Source of the DNA: Tubulanus polymorphus
Taxonomy: Eukaryota > Animalia > Nemertea
Length of the DNA: 64,000 nucleotides
Assembly (NCBI RefSeq): GCF_964204645.1
Contig: NC_134025.1
Span: 30,670,299 to 30,734,298, forward strand
Direction of reading: 5' to 3'
The notes beneath the pieces were generated by a model. The model had not been told where the DNA came from. It saw only the letters and a list, made by a program, of their open reading frames with translations, and did no database searches. The translations under genes and the position numbers were made by a program. Shown one piece after another: positions 32,253-43,628 of the stretch (positions within the stretch are counted from its first letter, which is position 1; each line of letters opens with the position of its first letter).

Positions 32253-32563
32253 TAGTTTTATTCTTATGACAACTATTATACGCTAAATGACAGTATTATA
32301 CTCAAGGAATTTATCATGTAAGTTCCTCATAAACATATAATAATTTCATTTTCATTGACATTATTTTTACTAGAAAACTATATTTAAAACTATAATATGA
32401 AACTTATCTTCATCCGTCGACTCTAACCTGCAATATAGTTTTCTAGTAAAAATAATGTTAATGAAAATGAAATTATTATATGTTTATGAGGAACTTACAT
32501 GATAAATTCCTTGAGTATAATACTGTCATTTAGCGTATAATAGTTGTGATAAGAATAAAACTA
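32253..32563. repeat. Long inverted repeat: 132-bp arms (32253-32384, 32432-32563) with a 47-bp spacer
   Basis: Arms are reverse-complementary with two mismatches found by eye. The spacer contains an exact copy of 32903-32930. Confidence 0.95.
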
Positions 32564-32895
32564 CACTGTTCATCATTCATGTTGTATCACTTCAAACTTT
32601 TAGTTTAGTTTGGTTTAGTTTAGTTTATAGCAACTTTTTCATGAAGTTGCGTATACCTGTGCATACCTGTGCATCACCAATTAGTGGTATAAAATAGCTT
32701 TAATTTCATAGTATGTTTCTGCTGATAGAAATCTAAACTCAGATTTAGAAATATTTGTGACATGTAATGTATCGAATTCAACGTAAAACTGGTATTGATA
32801 TCGCTGCAGCCGCTAATTAGGGTTTGGTCGACACCAGACACAAATCTATTTCTCTCTCGCGTAGAGTAGATCGGACCGCGGCATCATCCGCTCCT

Positions 32896-34017
32896 ATGGA
32901 CGGAAACTTATCTTCATCCGTCGACTCTAAAACGGGAGTTAGAGTCTATTCTCCAGCTGAGCCAGTCGTCGATGGCACAATTTATTATCGTGATAATTGT
33001 GGGGTTAGATCATTCGAAGGAACTTACGAGATATATCTAAGGCTTTATGGAGGCTTCTCCATCATAATACTCGGCATTCCGTTAAACATTTTGATTATCG
33101 TTGCATTACGAGCTCAGAGTTCAACTCACATTTCGTTTTATCTTTTACGTTGGTTGGCGTTTTGGGACATCATGTTTTTGATCTGGCGCGGGATACAGGG
33201 ACCTGTGCGTTATCTACTAGCGTGGCTAATACAAGGAGAGTTTATATTTGAAATACGGTGGCATTCTTATTTCATGCCATGGCTTTATGTCCTGGCACAT
33301 TTACCACGATATACATCTCAAATGACCCGGAACTGGATAACTGTCGCTGTCGTCGTACAACGAACTTTATCAATTTTATTTCCATTTTTCACTAAACGAA
33401 CTATTACAAGATTTAGAATCAAAGTCATGAACGTTTTTGTTTCCATAATTTCTGCGGCAATGTATAGCCCTTATTTTGCTACCGTTAAAATTGTTTATTT
33501 TTGGGATGTCTGCACAAACCGTTATCACAGGAAAATCATTGAAAAAGAAGCAAAGCATTTAAAATATATTTTTTCGTTAATGTTTGCCGTTTACGGACCA
33601 ATCTTTAAGGAATATCTACCGAGTGTATCATTGATTCTTTTCAATATTGTTTTGATAGTAAAACTGCGACAAATTCAGAATAAGCGCAAAGAAGATTTCA
33701 CCTCACACGGAGGTGAGGATAAAAATAGAAATATTGATGTTAAAGCTACTAAAATGGCGATATCAGTTGTTTTGATTTTTCTGGTTTTTGAAGGACCTAG
33801 TTCACTCTCAACGATATCTCGTTACATTCGATCTCGCTTCAAGAATCTTCCTGATTTACCACGTGAATGGCATATATATGTCGACCCAGCTGTCGGAACT
33901 CTTTTTCCAATGTTGAATTCTTCATCTAACTTTTTCTTGTACTGTATTGTAAATAGTACGTTTAGAAAAACAGCTCTGAAACTTTTACGAGACCGATGTA
34001 GGCGAAAAGCGACGTGA
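32896..34017 (+). CDS. Intronless class A GPCR, paralog of the nested 21591-22715 receptor
   Basis: Colinear 7TM protein with long identical blocks (IYYRDNCGVRSF, RKEDFTSHGGEDKNR, LNSSSNFFLYCIVNS). First ATG is at 32896. Confidence 0.92.
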   Translation: MDGNLSSSVDSKTGVRVYSPAEPVVDGTIYYRDNCGVRSFEGTYEIYLRLYGGFSIIILGIPLNILIIVALRAQSSTHISFYLLRWLAFWDIMFLIWRGIQGPVRYLLAWLIQGEFIFEIRWHSYFMPWLYVLAHLPRYTSQMTRNWITVAVVVQRTLSILFPFFTKRTITRFRIKVMNVFVSIISAAMYSPYFATVKIVYFWDVCTNRYHRKIIEKEAKHLKYIFSLMFAVYGPIFKEYLPSVSLILFNIVLIVKLRQIQNKRKEDFTSHGGEDKNRNIDVKATKMAISVVLIFLVFEGPSSLSTISRYIRSRFKNLPDLPREWHIYVDPAVGTLFPMLNSSSNFFLYCIVNSTFRKTALKLLRDRCRRKAT

Positions 34018-34921
34018 TCAAATAAAATGTCTAACTCGCATAAGTTGTCACAAGGTAGTCGTTATTTCAAATCCTAATTCGTATTTCCAACATAACTAAT
34101 TGCAAGTCGTCATTTGTATAATTTGTCAACATAATGATCGTGTCCCAACTACGAGAAACTTCAACTTGTCCTAAAAACCGTGAATGATGTTGAATGTTTA
34201 CGCTTGTTTTTTATCGTGCTGAGTTTTGTTCTATTTTAAAAATTAGATAAAAAATGTTCCTTTCCACACGTTACCAGAGTATAAAAGAATTAATTAACGC
34301 GTTGCATTTTGATAACGCTGAAGTTTGTTTAAAGTATCATTTATGGTATTTCTCGATGCAATATGTCTGTGGTACATAAGGAGGTTCACTCTTGCACAGT
34401 TCAAGTATTTCTAGTACTTCTGTCACTTGGATGTTATCTCTAATCTGGGGATAACTACAAAATATATAAACAACATTTTAAGAAGATTAATTGCGTTGAA
34501 ATTTAGAATCAAAATTGAAGCTAACTTTTCTCTATTCATACGTAAAGCCGAACGAACAAACAAACAAACAAAATACCATTTACATCTCGAGCTGGACTAC
34601 TGACAAGTCCGGCCGCGGCTTAACCTTGACCGTTATGTGCTGCCGCACAAAATTACATTGACGGTGAATACGGGAACTAACTCGATTACTCATTATTCCT
34701 GCTGTGGCACGCATTTGATAAATTAGTTCACACATTTACCGTCAACGATATGTAAAGGGGCAGCACTAGACAGTTAAGATCGATGTTCTTACTGTGGCAT
34801 GCGAATTATACACATTTTCGATAGTCATGTCGATGAAATGAATGTAGCTTCAGTACTTAAAAATCAAAGTTACTATCAGCGGTTACCCCTGTGAAGCTGG
34901 CTCCCGGGTCCAGGTTCCCGA

Positions 34922-34962
34922 TTCGGCTCCCGATTCAAAAACATTTTGAATCGGGAGCCGAA
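34922..34962. repeat. Perfect 19-bp stem hairpin in a GC-rich segment
   Basis: ttcggctcccgattcaaaa-aca-ttttgaatcgggagccgaa. Confidence 0.9.
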
Positions 34963-36653
34963 CCGGTAGCCGGCTACTGGTTCCCGGTTACAGACCGAAT
35001 ACCCACGAGCCCGACGGTAAGCTGTGTACACAGTCCGCCAGCCACAGTAGGACACAGCAAGAGGCTCACAACCTCAGTCCTGACCCCGTCCAAACCTCAG
35101 CTGCGAGACCTGGCCAAACCATCAGCTGGCCATCATGAACTTCGAAACCCAAACTTTCGCGCTGCCATCACTTACACCAAACCCCAGTACCCTCCACTAC
35201 CTCCTAATAGCTGACACCCCACGTCCAAACCCTCGACTCGCGGACCTTTGAAAATATGGAAGAAATTTATTAGTAGGCTATATACGTATAAGATGTTTAC
35301 TTGAGATTGTGTGGAACAGACTACGATCAGAGACATCCGCGTGTCTAATGAAAAGACGCTACTACGCTTCTCGTGTTGCGGGATCAGATCAAATGAATGA
35401 ATGATCTTTCAGTAAGATCTATGTTTCAGTGAGACTAGTTCACGACACCGTCTGAGCAGTGATCATAGACAAACTCCTATTCAGCAGTAATCCGAGAGCA
35501 GACGATCGCCTGTCAACTGCACACATTCCACACTTAGACGTTCAATCTCTTCATCTCGTTATCAAGAGTTCGAACATAACTTTAATGAACTCATACCCAG
35601 AACTCTGAGTTCATCACTAATCTTTCATTATTTCGTCATGAAAAAAAAACCTACAATCGAACGGACGCCGCACTTTATTTCCGGATTCTTCTTTTTCTTA
35701 TTCAGTAATATAGCATTTAACGATTAAATGTTCTAAATGAAGCAATCAGGAAGAAATATTCGTGAAAGCCTGGGTCATAAATATATGGCACCATCATAAT
35801 TCACGCTAAGTATTTGTATACAGAAAACCAATTAATCGAAACCTCAGATAGAGTGATATGATGGTACGATTTATTTTCTCCACGAAAATTTTTTTTAAAT
35901 TAACAATATATACATAAGATAGTTGATTAACAATCTGGAGAGGGACAACAAGCAAGCTTTAAAGATGTACACAGCTGCAAGTGCTGAGGTGAGGTGGCCC
36001 TGTCAACAAAATTGTGGTTAAACGGACTAACCGTCCGTTTTTTTATGAATAAAATAACTTAAAATCAAATCTCCTACGAACAATTTTGGTAAAGAGAAAT
36101 GCCTTTTGGTCGAGTAGGTTCCTACTTGATTTAATAACCACGCGAAGAGGAAAAAATAGCCTAGAAAAACATATAGCTTTAAAAGCCTGCGACTGAAGTA
36201 GGTAAATTGAGCCCATCGTCAGTCATTGCGCTGCGAAATTGCGTTAGTTCACGTTTAGCTTATTTTTACCGGTAACGGAAGAAACGGATGCTGGAAACGG
36301 GGATGAGGCAGCGCGAGCGCTACGACATTTTTATATAGACTCGTATATTAGTTCTGGTAAGCTACCGACGATGAATTCTAGTCTCCTCTATCTATTCTTA
36401 CGTGTGATAGTCTAAGATCGGTATAACGTAATCATAACTCATTCTCTCAGACTCGGTATTCATTAAATTCTAATTTGTTTTATATGGTAATTACGCGAAC
36501 TCCATCTGTCGTAATTAAATACTAGTTCTTATGAATTCATTATATCGACGCACGAAAGTAGATTCAGCGTAAATTCAACAACCAGGATATGTTGTGATAG
36601 GAGTTGATTGTTCCCAGTCAGAGGACGCGTGTGCTTCATTCGCTAACTGTGTT

Positions 36654-39645
36654 ATGGCATTCAAGTTAAGTCTGAAATTGAAACGATGCCACGGCAACGA
36701 TGAACAACAAGTGTTTTATAAAATCGACGGTCAACGATTTAAAAATGAACGCACTTTGAAACTTAGTTCGTCGACCGAGTACGAAATAGAACTGACGATA
36801 AAGCCACGTCACGAAATCAGGTAGGTTTTTATCTATAACAATCCGATGTATATTTTGTCCTCTGTGTCGTGTCTGATATCGGAGCTATAAATAAACTCAT
36901 AGCGATACACGACCACGACAAGGTAGAGAATATTCATATTGATTCTCTTATCATCGCGAAGCTTTTTCATCGAGAACTTAAAAGTAAATCATTATGTATA
37001 TATCTCTATATACCACGCGTACTTTGTTTTTTCCTCTTGGTATAAAATGTCAAAAGCTTGTGATAAAAGAACTTGTTTACACACTTCATCACAAGGGCTC
37101 TCAAGAAATACTCATGATTTTTCTGATGTCAAATTCTTGTTTTAAATCACTCAGATATTGCCTTTTCATTTTCTACTCGCAACCCATTTCCGTCTACAGT
37201 TGTGAGTTGTGGGCAGACTCGAAAACTGTGGCCCAAATTTGGCTTATTTGGCTAAATTTGACTGAACTATAGTTTTAACTCAGAAAACCTGCCTCAGTTC
37301 TACAGATGTGAGTTAAGATTTGAATCAGGAGTTAATTGATTGAAACTGAACGGGTCGCGAGTTAACCTGAACCATTGACTCAAGGCCTGAACTAGAGAAT
37401 CATCGGGTGTATCTCTTTATTTTGCCCTCACATGCGACATCATCATAGAAAATTCCAAACTTGTTTTTGCTGATCTCGAAGAAATTGATGTGCTTTATTT
37501 CAGTTCAATGGCGATTCAAGGAACTGATGTAAGTTTAACGAAAGTTCTGACCCGGAATAACGATGATGTAGCGGATATTGTAGATAAGAATGCATACACT
37601 GGCTCGTGGAATACTATCGGAATGCCACCGAAGAAAGACGGAGAAAGATATCAGATGCCTGTCACTATTCAGGTAATGAAAAAACAAACTCATCTATATC
37701 AATGACCTTCCTTAACCGTGAACCAGATTCAGGACAATTGAAACTACTTCTACTTTGCAAATTACTGATTGATATCGAAGAGAATGGATAAGATTTTGTT
37801 TCAAATTTCTGAAGAAAAAATTCTATTGAGGATTTATAAAACGAGTACAGATCAAAAAAGATGGCCCGACTGAATCTAATGTGTCCGGTCTATAGTTTAT
37901 AGAATATATGTTTAATACCTCAGGGTGTAAATTCATTAGAAATCTACGTTACGATATAAGACCAAAATGTGCGTCAGAGATTTGAGATATTCGGCACTAG
38001 TTATTCGTATCATCTCAACTGCTCGTCTGGACTAAGTAATGAAATTATACGAATTCATTCAAGTAAATTCGTATCAAAAATGTATAAACCGCAATAAGAC
38101 CAAGTTTGTATCTGAGGTTAACAATCATAGGCGAAGCATACTGTATATAATGTATACATATATGGTGTATTTTCTGTATGATAGCGATGGCGACAATATT
38201 GCTTTTCTATTTTGAAAATAATTTCGTGTATAATATTCATGAGTTTCTGGTAACATCTGCCGCATGTTTCCTATGCTGACAGTATAAATCAGTAAAGAGA
38301 TCCAGCCTCCTGATAGTTCGCCCTAGCGTGAATCACTCAGACATGTTCATTAAACATGCTTCAGGTGAAAATCATCTTTTAAAAACATCGACCCGTTTTC
38401 ATTTTTGTAGTGTCCCTTACAAACCCACAGAGTCACCTGTCGGGAATATGAATACACCTTTACTTTTCTGTTTTCGTAGAGAATTGATTGTCTAATTCAA
38501 TTTTTTAAAAACCCCACAATTACCAGGTACCAATAACTAACAGAGTCTTTCGACGTTTCGACTCCGGGCAATTACATGATACGTTTTTAAAATAGGTTTG
38601 AAAATGAGTCGAAATGTCACCACTCTGTCGGTTTTTCCTCCAGTAAGTCACGTCTGCGGTATCATATCAATCTACTTTATTTTCTAAATCTTTTCATCGA
38701 CCCCAGTTGTAATACGGTCAGACGTTATATGAAAACTTGCCCTCGGCTGCGGCGTCGCAGGTTTCTTCCAGACTCCACACGTATCGAAAGTCAATTTGCA
38801 GGATCTTAATTTACTTCCGTATAATTCTGACACAGTACTGGTGCGTCGTACGTGCCAGAAGCCGTGATCGCCTAGTGTATATGAAATGTGGTGTGTGTTA
38901 CGCTTGAAGTCATTTCGTCTGTCGGGCGCACTAATCGAATCTTCAGATGACGCGATTGATGAAAAGGATTGATTTTCACTCAAGTCTACCTGATAATCCT
39001 GTTTGTAACCTTGAACCTCTTATTCTGTACCCGCCTCGTGTATATTTAGAAAATTGGCAATTTTTTGAACAAGTTTCAAGAGTCATTTCGTTCGCGTTGG
39101 CAGATTATTTGCTTCTACCTCTCATTGAGCGCATGTTATTAGTTAACATATTCTCTCGACCTCGGGCTTACATGAGTTCTAATCTTACAAGCCAGGATAC
39201 TTAACATAACTACCGAGACATAATGTAACCGAAGGTCTTTCTTTGATCCGTTCATATGATCTTTTTCATTGACAATTTTAAGATCGTAGAATGATTGTAC
39301 GCCACAAGCGTCATATTGGCCGTAAAAGCGCAAGCGGTTGATTGAAGTAAAATGTGCAGGTGACGGCATTTTGACGGCCAATCTGACGCGTGTGACGTCA
39401 GTATTTCTCTTGAACATACGCACATCATAACTGGGTCGTTTCTGATTTTCAAATTTTCAAAAATCTTTTTCTAATTTCAGATTCCAGAAATCGGTGAATT
39501 TGTGACGCATCTACAATGTAAACTGTATCGCGAATCGGACACTGAACACGTGACCTGGGGTCAACCGTTACATTGGATCGAATTCGATTGTCAAAAACTA
39601 TCCGATCGATCGTTCATAGATATATTTAAAGAGTCCTATAGATGA
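36654..39645 (+). CDS. CNRIP1: CB1 cannabinoid receptor-interacting protein 1 homolog; exons 36654-36820, 37504-37672, 39481-39645
   Basis: VFYKIDGQRF..RTLKL, YTGSWNTIGMPPKKDGER, IGEFVTHLQCKLY...HVTWGQPLHWIEFDC...KESYR* match CRIP1a motifs. GT-AG phases are consistent. Confidence 0.93.
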
Positions 39646-39950
39646 TGATAGTTGTACTAACAGTATCCTCCATCCGATATTAGAATGTATTATGAATAGA
39701 ATATATGTATATATATAGTCATACATTATTTTATGGTTTGGTTATTATGTCAAACAATGTATTATTATTAGTCACGTTTGTTAGATATAGATATATGTTT
39801 TAACCTGGTAGTTTGGGTTTTAACTGGAAAGAATGTATCTCTGTAACCTATATTTGCAGATGGTTTATCTATTGTTTTGTTTTGTATATATCAAATTAAT
39901 ATATATACATATTTGAAGTTAAAAAAAAACAGCGAATGAATCACAAAAAA

Positions 39951-40100
39951 ACAGTAGTCAGTGGTCAGTAGTCAGTAGTCAGTGGTCAGTAGGTGGTAAT
40001 CAGTGGTCAGTAGTCAGTGGTCCGTGGTCAGTGGTCAGTAGTCAGTAGTCAGTAGTCAGTTGGCAGTAGTCAGTTGTCAGTTTTGTCAGTAGTCATTAGT
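39951..40100. repeat. (CAGTRGT)n 7-bp microsatellite
   Basis: Directly visible. Confidence 0.9.
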
Positions 40101-40918
40101 CGTTAGACCAGAAACAGTTATAGCTGTCGATATTTAAAGTATACTCGTCCCCAGCGACGCACAAGGAAAATGTCAACGAGCAAATCTTTTTTCTACGACC
40201 GTATCTGAACAATATTATCTTTCTTTCGTCTTCGTTGTCGCACTGAAAATCTTGGTTGTGGCAGAGTTTCTTATAGACATCGGAAATAGCGATTTATCAG
40301 TTATTAATAACCTAGAATTTCATCCCAAATAGGACGATGTTAATAATTTCATGGATACGTTTTACGATTTACGATTTACGATTTTATTAACACTCCAACC
40401 ATATCCACGGTTTATGGAGGAAAAATATTACACATATATTTACAAATATCTACAAAACAACAAAGAATACAAACTTTAAGAATAAAAACGTAACAAAATC
40501 TATATAACAAGCCACAATCCTGCCCCCGGAGTGGCGGCGTTCACTGGGTTGACGGTGACCAACGACAGCCTCGAACGTGGCTGACGATATTGAGTGGCGC
40601 TCAACGTCTGGAGGGATATAAAAAATCCCATGGGAATGTATAAATCTCGTAGGATACGGTATCAATGAGATTATTACTGGTAGACTGATGTCTCTTACTT
40701 CACAGTGCAACTATTAGATTGGATCATTAGATTAGGAGTTTTAGTAATTTCAGCACGTTCAAATCCTGTTTCACTGAAACTAATCACATGCAAAGTTAAG
40801 CGAGAACTGGGACCATGCGTTGTCTTAGCAACTAAAACACGATAGTTTATCTTTGTGTGAAAATGTCCGATTGATAATTGTTTTTACCAGTAGCTGATAT
40901 AACAGAACACCTCCGTAT

Positions 40919-41086
40919 TGTGCAGATTACAGCGGGAATCCCAGTGCAGATTACAGCGGGAATCCTCGTGCAGATTACACCGGCAATCCTCGTGCAGATT
41001 ACAGCGGCAATCCTCGTGCAGATTACAGCGGCAATCCTCGTGCAGATTACACCGGCAATCCTCGTGCAGATTACACCGGCAATCCC
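40919..41086. repeat. Minisatellite, 24-bp unit (gtgcagattacagcggcaatcctc), 7 copies
   Basis: Directly visible. Explains the four periodic ORFs here. Confidence 0.95.
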
Positions 41087-42371
41087 CGTCAGGTAATAAC
41101 GGCATATGAATATTTGATGATCAGCTTTCTCACGGTGTCTGAGACATCGAGGATTCGTAATTTCAGACACTGCCACCGTGAGATTCAGAAATACAGTGTC
41201 CTATCTAGGGACACTAGTGATTCTACAATCAAACTGTAAGCAAAACTATAACAGTTGATTCAATCTACGCGAGCAACTGCTCCATATATTCAACTGATGC
41301 GCTCGGTGCGTTTTACTGGGCTTTCAACTGATCTGGCCTGGTTGATTCACTGGGGGATGTTAGATGATTTTGCGGGGATACTAGTGACATTCCGGGTGTT
41401 CAGCTATTGGGATTTTATGGGACGCTGTACAAAGTCAGTGGGATATCGATTTGCAATGAGACTGGTAATTGAACTGATCTACACTGCTGAATGACTGAGA
41501 CGTTGGGTGATTTTGCTCTGGAAACTGGGATTAGGGACATTGAGATGACACATTTAGAGACGTGCCGAAACCTCTCCCTGATTCTCCCTGATTGAACAAC
41601 GTATTAATCAACGCCATCCTTCCTTGAGTTGATATCGATGAGTGGACGATTGATGCGAAGGGATATTTTGGTGGAACACGTTAGTTTGAGATAGTGAGGA
41701 CACATTGAAACGACTGTAATAGTTGTAGGTATAGGTTTTATGCGTCATGAACCTTTTCATATTGGCTCCATTATGATCCATACTGAATAAACATTGCCAT
41801 CAATAATTCTCTTTAGAAAAGTGTTTGAACATTAAATGAATGACGCACGTGTTTGACAGCAGCAGCGGCAGGAGCGGTAGCGGTAGCGGCAGATGCTACA
41901 CGCTCCAGCGCAGGAGTCTGTGTCCCGGTGACGCCGTCTGGTCCATTGTTAGACGATTTTCTTTGTTCGACTCATCACTTGCATCAGTACCACCCAGACC
42001 TTCATCCAGTGCACTTCTATCGATTTTAGATCATCTATCACCCGCGCGTCTTCTGATTGCTGCTAATTCGTCAGATATATATTCGATTTGAAAGGATTTA
42101 GAACTTTAACAACTGCGGTATATCGCTGCGGCGAATGAGTCAGAGTTTGTATTCGCGTTTTCAGCATCTCCTGCAACAAGCTACTGTAAAACAACGCGAA
42201 GAAGAAGAATATTTTTTGTTGTGAGTCAGAAAATAGCCGACGAAACAGCTGCAAATAATACGTTCGTATAGTGAAGAAAAACCGGGGTTTGATTTTTCTG
42301 CTTGGGAACACACACGGATTATTAGCGAGGAGAACATCAGAACCTGTATCAGTGCCGGGTCGGTCGGAACC

Positions 42372-43628
42372 ATGTCGATAATAGCGATATCCTACTCAGC
42401 TGTATTGTTGCTAATTTTCGGCATTTTCCTGGCGTCCGAAATTCGGCAGGTTTCGGCAAACGACGACGATACCGCCGCCGGAATCGACGAAGAGGATCAT
42501 ACGTATTCGTACGTGAATAAAGATTGTCCTGCTCCGGGACCGTGTGTTTGTATCGGTCGTCAGATCGACTGCAGTCATAAAAATCTGAGTGAAATTCCGG
42601 TGTTTGATACTAGCGTTCGTCTGCTGACGACTTCTACTCAATACGTCGAATTAAGACTCGATCATAACGAAATTCAGGAAATCAACGAGGCAGCTTTTAT
42701 CGGCTTGGATTTAGAACAGCTTTACTTGTCTTACAATAAGATTTCGAGGATTAACGAACGCGCGTTTGAAGGGTTGAATAATTTGAAATGGTTGGATATC
42801 GCCGAAAATCGAGTCTCGTCGTTAGCCGCGGATATGCTGCATAATCTGACGAATTTGGAGGATTTGGTTCTCAGTGGAAATTACCTACGTTCATTGAACG
42901 AGTCGTTTTTCATTCGTTTAGATCGGTTGCGTGTACTGATGCTTATGGACAACGAACTCGAGACGTTCCCGACCGGTATTAAATATCTACCGATCCTCAG
43001 TCATTTATATCTGCAACGAAATAACATCGATTACGTGCCCGATTACGCGTTTACGAATTTGAAAAATCTGGTGTTGATCAATTTGAGTAAAATGCGCACG
43101 AATTTGACATTGTCACCACGTGCTTTTTGCGGACATCAGCAACGACCTGAAATCAGCAGCGCCCAGAACGACGATACTGACGACGCTAAGCCGTCTGCAA
43201 AAGGAATCTCATTTGTTGATCTGAGCGATTCTGGAATCCGGTCTTTGGATATTTGTCAACTGGCTTTCGTATCATCGATCACCGAACTGGATTTAGAAGG
43301 GAACCCTATTGAATGCGATTGCGATCTGTTTTTCTTCCGACACATGAAACGTAATGTGAAAAATGTTCAATGCGTCAAACCGGACAAATATAAACACAAG
43401 ACTCTGTTATCATTAGAGGCTGCAGACGGTACCGGCTGTGTGTGGGACTCTGATTCATTATTCGCTAAGTGTTCTGAGATTTGTGACGTCGCGCCAGCTG
43501 CAAGTATTCAAATAATCAGAACTAACGCGAAAAAAGAACAATTTCTTAAAAATAGCGGCAGCAGAAGCAGCAGATTGGAGATCGCAAATATTTCTGTTTT
43601 ATCAGCGATATTTCTAAGTAAATTGTGA
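42372..43628 (+). CDS. Single-exon leucine-rich-repeat protein (signal peptide, LRRNT, ~9 LRRs, LRRCT, probable GPI signal)
   Basis: Hydrophobic N-terminus; CPAPGPCVC..IDC LRRNT; LxLxxNxI repeats; NPIECDC..C LRRCT; C-terminal NSG...ISVLSAIFLSKL* with no cytosolic tail. Confidence 0.92.
   Translation: MSIIAISYSAVLLLIFGIFLASEIRQVSANDDDTAAGIDEEDHTYSYVNKDCPAPGPCVCIGRQIDCSHKNLSEIPVFDTSVRLLTTSTQYVELRLDHNEIQEINEAAFIGLDLEQLYLSYNKISRINERAFEGLNNLKWLDIAENRVSSLAADMLHNLTNLEDLVLSGNYLRSLNESFFIRLDRLRVLMLMDNELETFPTGIKYLPILSHLYLQRNNIDYVPDYAFTNLKNLVLINLSKMRTNLTLSPRAFCGHQQRPEISSAQNDDTDDAKPSAKGISFVDLSDSGIRSLDICQLAFVSSITELDLEGNPIECDCDLFFFRHMKRNVKNVQCVKPDKYKHKTLLSLEAADGTGCVWDSDSLFAKCSEICDVAPAASIQIIRTNAKKEQFLKNSGSRSSRLEIANISVLSAIFLSKL

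Noticed and set aside
40500-40670. GC-rich segment, possibly a SINE or structured RNA
   Set aside because: No A/B boxes or second copy could be confirmed in the window.
40847-41176. Periodic ORFs such as (CRCNLHED)n, metallothionein-like
   Set aside because: A 24-bp tandem repeat open in several frames, with no gene structure.
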